DNA from: a virus
Lineage: Duplodnaviria; Caudoviricetes
DNA length: 64,000 nucleotides
Reading direction: 5' to 3' (one strand)
IMG/VR virus record: IMGVR_UViG_3300042306_000967
Span: 1-64,000 of that record
The position numbers and the translations under genes are program-made. Below, piece after piece: positions 8,876-19,358 of this stretch (within the stretch, counting starts at the first letter, position 1; each line of letters opens with the position of its first letter). Below the pieces are notes generated by a model. The model saw nothing but the letters and a program-made list of their open reading frames with translations. It did no database searches and had not been told where the DNA came from.

Positions 8876-11800
8876 TTAGTTTTTATTTAAAATTTTATAA
8901 ACTATTGTTTTTAGTTCTTCAATTTCTTTATTTTGTTTTTCTATAATTTCTTGTTGTTCTTTAACCGATTGTATAAGTACAGGAACAATCTTTTCTAATT
9001 GAACTGTCTTATAGTGTTGTCCACTTATAGATTTACCTTCTCCTAATGCATCAAACGGTGCCGGTTTAATTGCTTGTGGTATTACCTTTTCAACTTCCTG
9101 CGCAATTACTCCAATATCATGTCTATCAATTGGATTAAACCCTAACGAATCAACCATTTCTTTCCAATCAAAATAAACACCTCTCAATTGTTTCAACATA
9201 CTCAATGCATCACTAATTGTAGTAATATTTTCTTTTAATCTCTCGTCTGATGAATATGCAACAACGTTACCAGCTGCATACATATCACCACTAGCGTTTA
9301 ATTGCCATCTGTTATTTGACATTGACCAACCACCAATACGAATCCAGTTATCACCATCCAATCCCATATTAGTTGCAAATACACCGGTCTTATGCCAAGA
9401 TAAGAATGCAGAGTTATTACCTTCCGAATATGCCTGTAAGTTGGCAGTATCGTTCATATAATAACCTCTATTTACATTGAATTGGAATTGGTTATTTGAT
9501 TGAGAGAATCCACCATTGGTATTTGTATATCTAAACCTACCATCACCAGAACTAGAACCAAAGTAGTATCCAGTATCATCTAAATCATAGTAAATTCTTG
9601 CTTGTATATCGGAATTTACTAAAACAGTATTACCGGTGTGCCAGTTAAGGTACATTGGATATCCTGGTCTAGCATCAATATGTAAGTTACCGTTTGATGT
9701 GAACATTTGTGCCCAATCACCTATATGGTTGTTAGCACCAACTCTTAAATAAGCTCCCCACCACCAGTTAGGTCCATGAAGTGTACCACCTCTGATTCTT
9801 AAACCTTGGTTATCGGTATTGTGTTGGTCTAAATAGTATCCAGTATCTTGGTTATCATAGAAAATTGGTGCTCTCAACGAACCACCTGCTTCCAAATATT
9901 GGTCTACATAAACACCCCATCCGGTAGTAACCATTCTTCTAGAACCAGCATAGTACATTTGTAATTCAGCTCCACTCATATACCAAATCCAACCTCTAGC
10001 ACTATCGTGTAAACCGATATTATCACCCAGTGTACTCATTAGAGTATATCTACTACCTACACCATATCCATACCAACCATTTCTACCACCACCATAAGTT
10101 GCAATATGCCCATAAGGGTTACCCTCACACTCTGGTGACCAGATACCTCTACCATATGATTCCCAATATACACCGGTACAACCTTGTGGTCTGAACCAGT
10201 TATTTGCTAATACATAGTGAAGTTGAGATGTACCATTAGGGTCTAATCTATATCCAGAATCATTTCTATCATAATAGATATTAGAATAAATTTCACCAAA
10301 TCCATACCCACCATATCCATTCATTTCAATATATCCATAATATCTGGTTGGTCTATTGGTGTAATACTGCATATAAATGTCATATCCACAATATGAATCT
10401 ATGTGTAAATTTCCAGGTAAGTAAATTCTACCACAACCATTTCTAGATATAATTTCAGAATCTACAGTAATTCTACTTAATGCAGAAGTACCATTAGGGT
10501 CTGAATAGAATCCTGTATTATTACTATCATATACGATTGTAGCGTAGAAATCATTAGAATATTCATTTAGGCCATACATTGCTATTTTTCTCCAACCAGA
10601 AGGTGAAGACCAAACATTTCTAAACCATAATCCACTAATAGGTCCACCAACCATTTGCCAACCGTATCCACAACCATATCCACAAGTGTAGTGAGCCGTT
10701 TGAATACCAGTCCAGTGAGATGTACCCGCTGGTTGGTTACCAGGGTTACCCCAGCTATCAAAGAATCCACTACCCCAGTTCCAAACGGAGTTAAGGTCAG
10801 TTGTACCCCAACCCATTGAACCAACCCAATAGTTACTATCACCAGTGAAATCCCAACGAGGTGAATTATATTTTGCGGTATTACCCATAGAAGCTTTTGT
10901 TCTATCGGTAAATCTATTCATATTGGATGTACCATTACCATCGAAATAGTATCCAGTGTCGTGGTCATAATAGATAGATGCTCTAACATCAGCATGTGCA
11001 TAAACACCATGAGACCTCATTGACATCCTATCATTACCCGCCCAATATAAATTTAAATCTCCACCGGTCATATACCAAACCCAACCTCTAGCTGAATCAT
11101 GCATACCAACGTTATCGCCACCGGTACTCATTAAGGTATAACGGCTAAATATACCATATCCGCCCCATCCGTTTCTACCACCTCCGTTTGTTGCAACGTG
11201 CCCATAAGGATTACCCTCACACTCTGGTGACCATAATCCACGTGAATATGATTGGAAATAGAATCCGGCACATCCTTGTGCTCTAAACCAGTTATCTGAA
11301 TAAACCGCACTCATTTGCGAAGAACCATTCGGGTCTATATAATATCCAGTGTTGTTTCCATCATACCAATAACCGGCATAAAGGTCACCACCACCAACGT
11401 TTCTTCCATATAATACAATTTCATACCAAGGATATGTTGAACCACCCCACTTACCTCTTAACCACCAACGGCTTCCAGCATCGTGTGCTCCTACCATCAT
11501 CCAACCATAAGCAGTACCACCACCACCGGTTGCATAGTGTTGTCCGGATACGATACCTTGAGCGTGAACATATCCACCACCTTGCGGGTGGTCAGTGCCA
11601 CCACCCCAAATATCCCAACCACTAAATCCACCTTCCCAAGCACTTGCCCAAGTTCCATAAGATGTTCCCCATCCATTTGTACCAGTCCAGTGGTTTGTAT
11701 CACTTGTAATATCTCTACGATTTCCTCTTTCTCTACCTAAATTAAATGCCGCTCTACGAGTATAATCTGTAACTGCGTATAAATTAGATGTACCATCCAT

Positions 11801-14800
11801 ATTAAGATAGTATCCTGCATTATTATAATCGTAAATAATTACAGGTCTTATACCACCACTACCCGGTACTTGAATTGTATTACTACCCTCACCCATATAC
11901 ATAGTCATAGATGAGTTATTACCATACCAGTGTTGTGCCTCAACTACATATGCTGAGAAGTCCCAACGAGGGTCATTATTTACGTTGTTTACTAATTTAA
12001 TTCTATTACCAACAATATAGTTTGTACGAGATGTCGATGCAAAGTCACCATAATATCCCCCGTCATTTGAATCATAATAAATAGGTGCATACATTGCTCC
12101 ACCAACGGATACAGTGCCACCTATAAATGCACCACCGGCAAATCCGAAACGAGAATAAGTTGAACCATTGTTTCTCAATGCCAAGTGATGGTCATATCCA
12201 CTTCCATACTCATACGCCAAACCATACATATTACCCAACGGCCAGCTTTCACCAATTGTCCAAATTACTTTAGATGATGTACCATTCACATTGTAATCAC
12301 CCATCATACCACCACTATTTCTACTTACCAAATAGTTGCTATACCACATTCTACCAGCAAAGTTACCTTCGTTCATGTTAGAATACGAAGCTGGGTCTGT
12401 GTAGTATCCAGTGTTGTTATTATCATAAAATATAGGTGAACGCATTGAACCATATGCCCATAAATTACCAGAGGTATCACCTTCTACCACGTTACTACCA
12501 CCAGAATTTCTAAAAATAAAATAGCTAGCATATTGGAAATACCAGTTACTACTATGATATTGAATTTTTCCAGCATATTCACCATCCCATCCAGAAGAGT
12601 CTGCTCTCCAACTACCATGAGTTCTTATTGCAGTTGTACTATCACCATTAAAATAATAAGTTGAATTTGTATCATAGAATATTGGAGCTTGTACATAGTT
12701 TACACCATAAATGTCTCTACTTCTTAATACTTGTAAATCACCAGAAATCCAAGAATAAGAATCCGATTCAATATTTGCACTATATCCTTCCGCAACATCC
12801 ATAACACCATCGTAATATGCACCATTTTGTATTTTACGAAGAACAACTTGTCCATAGGACCATGACGATGAACCATTACCAATTACAATACAATATCTAC
12901 CATCTTTAAAACCAACCCTTACAGGCTTATCAGTATAACCAACTACGTTACAGTTATAGTTATACCAAGCACCATTCCAGTTATGTCCACCAACAATTAC
13001 AGTTGCTGCAGCATTTCCATTATATTCATAAATGTCAATAACTGCGTGAATCATACCATAGTTACCACTTCCACCAGGGAATTTAATAATTACAGCACCA
13101 GTTGCACCACCACCTGCACCCCATACCGCATATGGTCTACCAACTAAGTTTCTTTGTTTAATACCACCTTGAATTCTTAAAGATGTTGCAGTTGAAGCTG
13201 GGTTTAAGAAATATCCAGTATCATCGTAATCATAAAATATACTTGCTCTTACATCACTAAAATTTGTAGCAGAATTACCACCACCATTTATACCACCATA
13301 CAACCAGTTATATCCGGCTGAATAGATACCATTTGGATGCCAAGATGCATTACCCGTTCCACCAACATTACCATTACCTCTATAAGAATAAGCGTAAACT
13401 TCATTCAGATTAGATGTAGATGCCGGGTCTAAATAATATGCAGTAGATGTGTAATCATAATAAATTGGAGAACGAACTGAGCCAAAGGAGTATAGGTTAG
13501 ATGAACTATCCATATATCCTTTTTGTGAGTTTCCAATTCTGAACTCAACATAACTTTCAGCACCCAACATTAAGTATGTAGATGAGTAAACACCAGGTGC
13601 TCCCCAAGCAGCTCCCAATCTCACATCACTAACACCATTACCTTCTGCATTTTGAACTCTAAATCCACTATCATTTGTATAAAACTTAACTCTATTAGAT
13701 GAACCACCTTGTAGTACAAATCCACCATTTGCAGGATTTATATAATATGTTGAATCATCTAAATCATAATAAATTGGTGCGTACATTGAGTTATACGAAA
13801 TAGTAGCATCCGGTTGTAATCTAAAATCTTCACTGTTATTATACGCAAATCTTAAATAATCACTTGCTCCATTATCAACTAATAAATTCCATCTATTACT
13901 TTCATCTGATGAATAAAGATTTAATCCATCATCCCAACTCGTACCACTTGCTACTAAATTAGTTCTTCTAATTCTTGATGTACTATTTGGGTCAATATAA
14001 TAGTTTCTATCATCATAATCATACATAATACCATGCATCGCATATGTAGATGTAGTTTGATTATATGTAGTATTATTTCCAATTACACCAGAACCTAATG
14101 GAACTCTTGGAACTCCACCCGGATCAGCTACACTATATTCAATTGAACCAATATTATCGTTATTAAAGTTCATGTCCGCAGATACAGACATTCTATATCG
14201 TACACCATCTAATAATAACATATAGAACCAATATCCACCACCTGCTAAATCTCTTGGACCAGCTTGATAGATATAGTATCCATAAGGATTTTGGTTAGCG
14301 TTGTAAGAACCATGTTCAGTATAGAAATACCACATATTCTCTTGTCCACTATGCCATTCTCTTGAATTGATTACAAATTCTGCAGTACAACCACCATACG
14401 GGTTTGAACCATTATCAGAAATTGCACGAGATATAGAAAGTCTAACAGGAGAACCACCACTATTAAATCTACTAATACTAAATCTTACCCATCTTCTGTT
14501 ACCATTAAATGTACCAGGTACATCAATAAATTGTTCGTTTTGGTAAGTTTTATTTACTCTTAATGCGTTATATCTAGAAGTAGAAGTTTGGTCTGTGTAA
14601 AAGTTTGTATCGTTTTGGTCATAAAAGATTGGTGCTCTCATATCACCATCGGCTCTCATTGTGCCAGGTGTATATAATGTAACCGAAGCTCCATTTCTTA
14701 CTCTCAAGAATGTTGAATCGGTCATAAACCAACCACCACCCCAACCAAATCCAATTTCCTCATCTTTAAAGAATGACGATGTACCTCTACCAAATACAAT

Positions 14801-17800
14801 AGCATCGTTGTTTCCTAATAGTTGAATAGAACCATTTACAAATACTCTATTATTTGTTATACCACCAGCTACAACTGCACTATTATCACTAGCCGTATAT
14901 GAAAAATCAGATGTTGCGAATCCTACTCTAGCAGATGAATCGGAATACATTATTATTCCACCACCATATCCATCTCTATTAAATTCAAATCCATTATTGT
15001 TAAAGAATTGTCTACCACCAGATGCATTTATACGTGTTTGCCAACTTCCTAATGTACCATTTGTATGTCCAAAGTATAAATAATTTGCAGATGTAATCGC
15101 TGCATCCCCATTAATATTAATACCACTTACATCGTTTGCACCACCACCAACACCAACTCTATTTAATCTAGAATATGAGTTAGCGTCTAAATAAAAACTG
15201 GTATCAGCGGAATCATAAAATATCGGAGAACGTAGTGAGAATGGTGCTAAAACATTACCGGATGTATCAAATCTTAAATGATAATCAATCATTCCATTTC
15301 TATAAATACCAAACCCACCTGCACCAACACCATACCCACCTGTGTTTACTGAATCTGCAAAAATAAATCTCCATGCATTTGCACTACCGGCAGTCCAATA
15401 ACTGTCTATACTACTAGGATTGGTTATATTTAAATTATTAAATGTTACCGTATCAGTTGTACGAATATTTTGGTTCATCAAGTGAACTTCCGTCAAACCT
15501 TGTCCTGTATCAACCTGAAGTGCTGATAAATTACCAGCTAATGTTAAATTACCGCTACCTTGCAATTGCATAGCCGTAGAAACTCCACCATACCATAAAA
15601 ATCTATCCGATGTGGTTGGTACACTACTCCATAACGTACTATTCTCTATACCAACTGCATAATCAACACTCGATGCCCCTATGTTTGGATAAAGAACTAT
15701 TTTTGTACCTGCACTTCTGTTAGTAAACGATGGTTGTGCAACACCTGATTGATTATATATAATTCTATTAGATGTGCCATTTGATAAGAAAAGGTCGCCA
15801 CCGTTTAAAGTTAAATCATTAAATGTTACATCATCGGTTGTACGAACATTTTGGTTCATTAAGAACACTTCGGTTGCACCTTGTCCAGTATCAATTGTAC
15901 CAGTAAGAACCACATTACCACTTACTGATAAAGTATTATCAGCCGTCCATCTATCAGTACTCTCATCCCAATAGAATGATACAGTTGATGATGAACCTCT
16001 CCTTACTTCAATACCAGCATTTTCAGTTGGCGTACCTGTTGTGAAGTTTGAATTAAGAGTTATAATATTATCCGCTAATAGGATTGTTTCAGTATTAATC
16101 GTAGTTGTTGTACCACTTACAGTTAAATTTCCTGTAATTGTAGCGTTACCAGTTACTGTCAACAACGTACCATCAAACGTTAAATTACTTTCAACAGTTC
16201 CATTTGGTGCAGTTCCATTTAATGTGATTACACCATTATCAGTTGTACCGGTTAATGCTAATAAACCAGAAGAACCAGAAGTACCTTGTGTACCAGAAGA
16301 GCCAGATGAACCACTACTTCCAGATGAACCAGAAGTTCCACTACTACCAGAACTACCAGAAGAACCAGATGTACCGGATACTCCAGATGAACCCGATGAA
16401 CCAGAACTTCCTCCAGACCCTCTTGTTCCAGATGAACCAGAAGTACCAGAGCTACCACTTGTGCCAGATACTCCAGAAGAACCACTGCTTCCAGAACTTC
16501 CACTCGAACCACTTTGTCCAGATGAACCAGAAGAACCCGATGTTCCAGATGAACCAGAAGAACCTGATGTACCAACTGCACCATCTTTACCACTACTTCC
16601 TGAACTTCCACTTGAACCACTTTGTCCAGAACTACCTGAACTTCCAGATGTACCACTGCTTCCAGATGTACCAGCCGTTCCACCACTTGAACTTGTTCCA
16701 GATGAACCAGAAGTTCCCGATGAACCAGATGAACCAGATGTGCCACTGCTTCCAGATGAACCACTACTTCCACTAGCTCCACCTAATCCACTAGAACCAG
16801 AACTTCCAGATGTTCCACTACTTCCAGATGAGCCAGATGAACCAGATGAACCACTACTTCCAGATGAACCAGATGAACCACTTCCACCACCGGCTCCAGT
16901 TAAACCAGAAGAACCACCACTTCCCGATGTTCCAGATGAACCCGATGAACCAGATGTACCATCTTTACCAGATGTACCAGATGAGCCAGATGAACCAGAT
17001 GTACCAGGTGTTCCCGTTCCACCAGATATACCAGAACTTCCCGATGAACCGGCTGAACCACCACTTCCTGAAGTTCCGGAAGTACCTGAACTACCAGAAC
17101 TACCCGATGAGCCACTTATACCAGATGTACCATCTTTACCAGATGTACCAGAAGAACCATCTTTACCGGATACTCCACTACTTCCAGATGAACCGGATGT
17201 ACCAGAAGAACCAGATGTGCCACTGCTTCCCGATGAACCAGAACTTCCCGATGAGCCTCCACTACCAGATGTACCAGAAGAACCAGAAGAACCACCACTT
17301 CCCGATGTTCCAGAAGAACCCGATGTGCCGCTACTTCCACTACTTCCACTACTTCCAGATGAGCCAGATGAGCCAGATGTGCCACTACTACCCGAAGTTC
17401 CAGAAGAACCAGATGTGCCACTGCTTCCAGATGAACCACTGCTTCCAGATGAACCTGAAGTTCCTGATGAACCTGCTGAACCAGTTGAACCAGAGCTACC
17501 ACTTGTGCCAGAAGTACCTGAAGTACCTGATGTTGCTGCTGCAAATCTTCTACTAATTCTACCAGTAGTTGTGTTTAATACCAACACCTCATTTGTTGTG
17601 TTATCGGTTGGTATTGTATCAGGAGTTCCAACAAATATAGAACCACTAATTGCTACACTTCCAGTAAATTCATGCTTATCAGAAGTTGCATCACCAAATT
17701 TATTTGAACCAGATGAATATATTACAGACGATGAAATTAATGTTGTACTTATTTCGGTTGATGTAATTTTACCACTAACATTAATATTACCGATTATATT

Positions 17801-18220
17801 AGCATTTCCGGTTACATTTGCATTTCCAGTTAAAGTTAATCCACCACTTATATTTGTTGGTACATTTACTACCAATCCGTTATTAGGTGAAATTTGTGCA
17901 ATTGCAGAACCTGATTTTATTCTATTAATATCGCCAATTGAATCGGCTTGTATATTAAATAACCCACTACCATCACCTCTAAATATTGATGCGGATATTG
18001 AGCCTGTTATTAATGTATTTGCATTAATTGTAAGTGATTCCGAAGATGGAGTATCAATTATTAATGTTTCAATTTTAGAAGCAGAAAAAGGTATCCCATT
18101 TATGATACTAATTGAATTTGGAGAAGCATTTATAACAGGGCTTCCACTAACATAAAGTGATATTACGCTAGAACTTACTTGATTTAATCCATTTGGGTCA
18201 ATACCTATAAAACTACTCAT
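8876..18220 (-). CDS. Giant tail fibre (3114 aa) with Gly-Ser/Thr triplet tract, 16 linker-separated modules and C-terminal intramolecular chaperone (peptidase S74-type)
   Basis: C-terminal AYSSDERLKENI..L..L.GV.FDW...IGVIAQEVEKVIP...coiled coil; (G-S/T-S)n tract; repeated PIFYD..TGYY.DP.STS. Confidence 0.85.
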   Translation of the reverse strand: MSSFIGIDPNGLNQVSSSVISLYVSGSPVINASPNSISIINGIPFSASKIETLIIDTPSSESLTINANTLITGSISASIFRGDGSGLFNIQADSIGDINRIKSGSAIAQISPNNGLVVNVPTNISGGLTLTGNANVTGNANIIGNINVSGKITSTEISTTLISSSVIYSSGSNKFGDATSDKHEFTGSVAISGSIFVGTPDTIPTDNTTNEVLVLNTTTGRISRRFAAATSGTSGTSGTSGSSGSTGSAGSSGTSGSSGSSGSSGSSGTSGSSGTSGSSGTSGSSGSSGSSGSSGSSGTSGSSGTSGSGGSSGSSGTSGSGGSSGSSGSSGSSGTSGSSGTSGSSGSSGVSGKDGSSGTSGKDGTSGISGSSGSSGSSGTSGTSGSGGSAGSSGSSGISGGTGTPGTSGSSGSSGTSGKDGTSGSSGSSGTSGSGGSSGLTGAGGGSGSSGSSGSSGSSGSSGSSGSSGTSGSSGSSGLGGASGSSGSSGSSGTSGSSGSSGTSGSSGTSSSGGTAGTSGSSGTSGSSGSSGQSGSSGSSGSSGKDGAVGTSGSSGSSGTSGSSGSSGQSGSSGSSGSSGSSGVSGTSGSSGTSGSSGTRGSGGSSGSSGSSGVSGTSGSSGSSGSSGTSGSSGSSGSSGSSGTQGTSGSSGLLALTGTTDNGVITLNGTAPNGTVESNLTFDGTLLTVTGNATITGNLTVSGTTTTINTETILLADNIITLNSNFTTGTPTENAGIEVRRGSSSTVSFYWDESTDRWTADNTLSVSGNVVLTGTIDTGQGATEVFLMNQNVRTTDDVTFNDLTLNGGDLFLSNGTSNRIIYNQSGVAQPSFTNRSAGTKIVLYPNIGASSVDYAVGIENSTLWSSVPTTSDRFLWYGGVSTAMQLQGSGNLTLAGNLSALQVDTGQGLTEVHLMNQNIRTTDTVTFNNLNITNPSSIDSYWTAGSANAWRFIFADSVNTGGYGVGAGGFGIYRNGMIDYHLRFDTSGNVLAPFSLRSPIFYDSADTSFYLDANSYSRLNRVGVGGGANDVSGININGDAAITSANYLYFGHTNGTLGSWQTRINASGGRQFFNNNGFEFNRDGYGGGIIMYSDSSARVGFATSDFSYTASDNSAVVAGGITNNRVFVNGSIQLLGNNDAIVFGRGTSSFFKDEEIGFGWGGGWFMTDSTFLRVRNGASVTLYTPGTMRADGDMRAPIFYDQNDTNFYTDQTSTSRYNALRVNKTYQNEQFIDVPGTFNGNRRWVRFSISRFNSGGSPVRLSISRAISDNGSNPYGGCTAEFVINSREWHSGQENMWYFYTEHGSYNANQNPYGYYIYQAGPRDLAGGGYWFYMLLLDGVRYRMSVSADMNFNNDNIGSIEYSVADPGGVPRVPLGSGVIGNNTTYNQTTSTYAMHGIMYDYDDRNYYIDPNSTSRIRRTNLVASGTSWDDGLNLYSSDESNRWNLLVDNGASDYLRFAYNNSEDFRLQPDATISYNSMYAPIYYDLDDSTYYINPANGGFVLQGGSSNRVKFYTNDSGFRVQNAEGNGVSDVRLGAAWGAPGVYSSTYLMLGAESYVEFRIGNSQKGYMDSSSNLYSFGSVRSPIYYDYTSTAYYLDPASTSNLNEVYAYSYRGNGNVGGTGNASWHPNGIYSAGYNWLYGGINGGGNSATNFSDVRASIFYDYDDTGYFLNPASTATSLRIQGGIKQRNLVGRPYAVWGAGGGATGAVIIKFPGGSGNYGMIHAVIDIYEYNGNAAATVIVGGHNWNGAWYNYNCNVVGYTDKPVRVGFKDGRYCIVIGNGSSSWSYGQVVLRKIQNGAYYDGVMDVAEGYSANIESDSYSWISGDLQVLRSRDIYGVNYVQAPIFYDTNSTYYFNGDSTTAIRTHGSWRADSSGWDGEYAGKIQYHSSNWYFQYASYFIFRNSGGSNVVEGDTSGNLWAYGSMRSPIFYDNNNTGYYTDPASYSNMNEGNFAGRMWYSNYLVSRNSGGMMGDYNVNGTSSKVIWTIGESWPLGNMYGLAYEYGSGYDHHLALRNNGSTYSRFGFAGGAFIGGTVSVGGAMYAPIYYDSNDGGYYGDFASTSRTNYIVGNRIKLVNNVNNDPRWDFSAYVVEAQHWYGNNSSMTMYMGEGSNTIQVPGSGGIRPVIIYDYNNAGYYLNMDGTSNLYAVTDYTRRAAFNLGRERGNRRDITSDTNHWTGTNGWGTSYGTWASAWEGGFSGWDIWGGGTDHPQGGGYVHAQGIVSGQHYATGGGGTAYGWMMVGAHDAGSRWWLRGKWGGSTYPWYEIVLYGRNVGGGDLYAGYWYDGNNTGYYIDPNGSSQMSAVYSDNWFRAQGCAGFYFQSYSRGLWSPECEGNPYGHVATNGGGRNGWGGYGIFSRYTLMSTGGDNVGMHDSARGWVWYMTGGDLNLYWAGNDRMSMRSHGVYAHADVRASIYYDHDTGYYFDGNGTSNMNRFTDRTKASMGNTAKYNSPRWDFTGDSNYWVGSMGWGTTDLNSVWNWGSGFFDSWGNPGNQPAGTSHWTGIQTAHYTCGYGCGYGWQMVGGPISGLWFRNVWSSPSGWRKIAMYGLNEYSNDFYATIVYDSNNTGFYSDPNGTSALSRITVDSEIISRNGCGRIYLPGNLHIDSYCGYDIYMQYYTNRPTRYYGYIEMNGYGGYGFGEIYSNIYYDRNDSGYRLDPNGTSQLHYVLANNWFRPQGCTGVYWESYGRGIWSPECEGNPYGHIATYGGGRNGWYGYGVGSRYTLMSTLGDNIGLHDSARGWIWYMSGAELQMYYAGSRRMVTTGWGVYVDQYLEAGGSLRAPIFYDNQDTGYYLDQHNTDNQGLRIRGGTLHGPNWWWGAYLRVGANNHIGDWAQMFTSNGNLHIDARPGYPMYLNWHTGNTVLVNSDIQARIYYDLDDTGYYFGSSSGDGRFRYTNTNGGFSQSNNQFQFNVNRGYYMNDTANLQAYSEGNNSAFLSWHKTGVFATNMGLDGDNWIRIGGWSMSNNRWQLNASGDMYAAGNVVAYSSDERLKENITTISDALSMLKQLRGVYFDWKEMVDSLGFNPIDRHDIGVIAQEVEKVIPQAIKPAPFDALGEGKSISGQHYKTVQLEKIVPVLIQSVKEQQEIIEKQNKEIEELKTIVYKILNKN
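9550..15240 (-). repeat. 16 dispersed copies of the (A/S)PI(F/Y)YD-x3-TGYY-x-DP-x-STS linker
   Basis: Counted by eye in the translation, e.g. RSPIFYDSADTSFYLDANSYS, RSPIYYDYTSTAYYLDPASTS, RAPIFYDNQDTGYYLDQ. Confidence 0.85.
16265..17535 (-). repeat. Gly-X-Y (GSS/GTS) low-complexity coding tract, about 420 aa
   Basis: Continuous 9-nt periodic sequence encoding GSSGTSGSS... Confidence 0.95.
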
Positions 18221-18237
18221 CTACCTAATTTACTTTT

Positions 18238-18570
18238 TTATGATAACTCTAACGCCGAAATAATTACATCCGCAGATGACGCTGCCGATGATACTACTGC
18301 TAAAGTATCTGTTGATTCCATAACTATTTTTTGTTCGCCACCTACAAGAACTACCGATGAACCTTGTGTAATTAGTGCATCTTTTACTAAATATACAGTT
18401 TTGGTTGCAGAAGTATCTGTCAATCTTACACTTACTGATATATTTTGTGCTGCCACATTTGCAACATTTACTCCGATAATAGTAGTAGTGGTTGCCGCCG
18501 GAACTGAATACACTGTTGTATTTGTTGTTCCAATTGAACCTGTGATACTATTTTTAAATACGTTTGCCAT
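18238..18570 (-). CDS. Small beta-sandwich virion/adaptor protein
   Basis: 110 aa, MANVFKN...VYSVPAATTTTIIG.NVAN...KIVME..D.L.V..S...DVI.S.LE; a common phage family found beside fibre genes. Confidence 0.65.
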   Translation of the reverse strand: MANVFKNSITGSIGTTNTTVYSVPAATTTTIIGVNVANVAAQNISVSVRLTDTSATKTVYLVKDALITQGSSVVLVGGEQKIVMESTDTLAVVSSAASSADVIISALELS

Positions 18571-18582
18571 CTATATTTTATT

Positions 18583-18864
18583 TTATCCTAAAGCAATAGC
18601 ATATGCTAAAGATGTATCTAGTACATTTACTCCATCTACTAAATATCCACCCGCAGTTAGGTTCATAGAACCCGTCATAATTACCGAGCCACTTATAGAT
18701 AATCGGTTATTTACAATTAGGTTATCAAATGATGCCTGTTGTACATCAATAGTTCCTTTAAAAGAACCTGTCAATGAACCTGTAAACGAACCGCTTAAAT
18801 CCGCAAAAGCGAAATTTCTATCCTGTGAAATTGAACCCGAAAATATGGGATTGTGTATTACCAT
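18583..18864 (-). CDS. Short fibre-like virion protein ending in LAYAIALG
   Basis: 93 aa with SGS/TGS repeats and a hydrophobic C-terminal AIALG motif. Confidence 0.65.
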   Translation of the reverse strand: MVIHNPIFSGSISQDRNFAFADLSGSFTGSLTGSFKGTIDVQQASFDNLIVNNRLSISGSVIMTGSMNLTAGGYLVDGVNVLDTSLAYAIALG

Positions 18865-18889
18865 TTTACCTGCTTACTTTTGTTATAGG

Positions 18890-18897
18890 TATAAATA
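18890..18897 (-). promoter_or_regulatory. Putative late-promoter motif TATTTATA
   Basis: About 25 nt upstream of the 18864 start. Confidence 0.55.
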
Positions 18898-18913
18898 TAA
18901 ACGAATCCGTCTT

Positions 18914-19357
18914 TTAAGGTTTAATTGGCCATTCAATATTAAACGGGTCTATTTGGGTTGATATATCTCTTAAATTTTGTCTGTATTCTGTCCAAACTGA
19001 TTTGATTTCAGTTGGTATATCCGATAATTGAGTCCAATCACACTCTAATAATAGTTGATTTCTAATATCTCTAACTTCAGCCCATTTTTCTTCTATTCTC
19101 GTATTGATTAATTCCTGGCTTGCATCGGTTGCTACCCAATTTTGATAATAAACTCCTTCAATTAATATAGGAGTTTCTTCGGACACTATTTTTGTGTAGT
19201 TATTTGGTTTGGGAGTCTGTCTTACTTCGTACATATCCCATGATAATAAATCATTTTCAGTAAGTTCCGATGGGAACGTTACATTTTTATTATCCGTTTT
19301 CAAATTTTCAATAGAATACGGATATTGAATTTCGCTATTTATAATTCTTAAATACAT
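18914..19357 (-). CDS. Tail fibre assembly chaperone (Phage_tail_APC / Tfa-like)
   Basis: WAEVRDIRNQLLLECDWTQL.D...W.EYRQNLRDI..Q..P..I.WP.KP. Confidence 0.85.
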   Translation of the reverse strand: MYLRIINSEIQYPYSIENLKTDNKNVTFPSELTENDLLSWDMYEVRQTPKPNNYTKIVSEETPILIEGVYYQNWVATDASQELINTRIEEKWAEVRDIRNQLLLECDWTQLSDIPTEIKSVWTEYRQNLRDISTQIDPFNIEWPIKP

Positions 19358-19358
19358 A

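Noticed and set aside
9550-15240. Shufflon or invertible fibre cassettes
   Set aside because: All modules are in one frame and orientation; no inverted silent cassettes or recombinase gene were seen.
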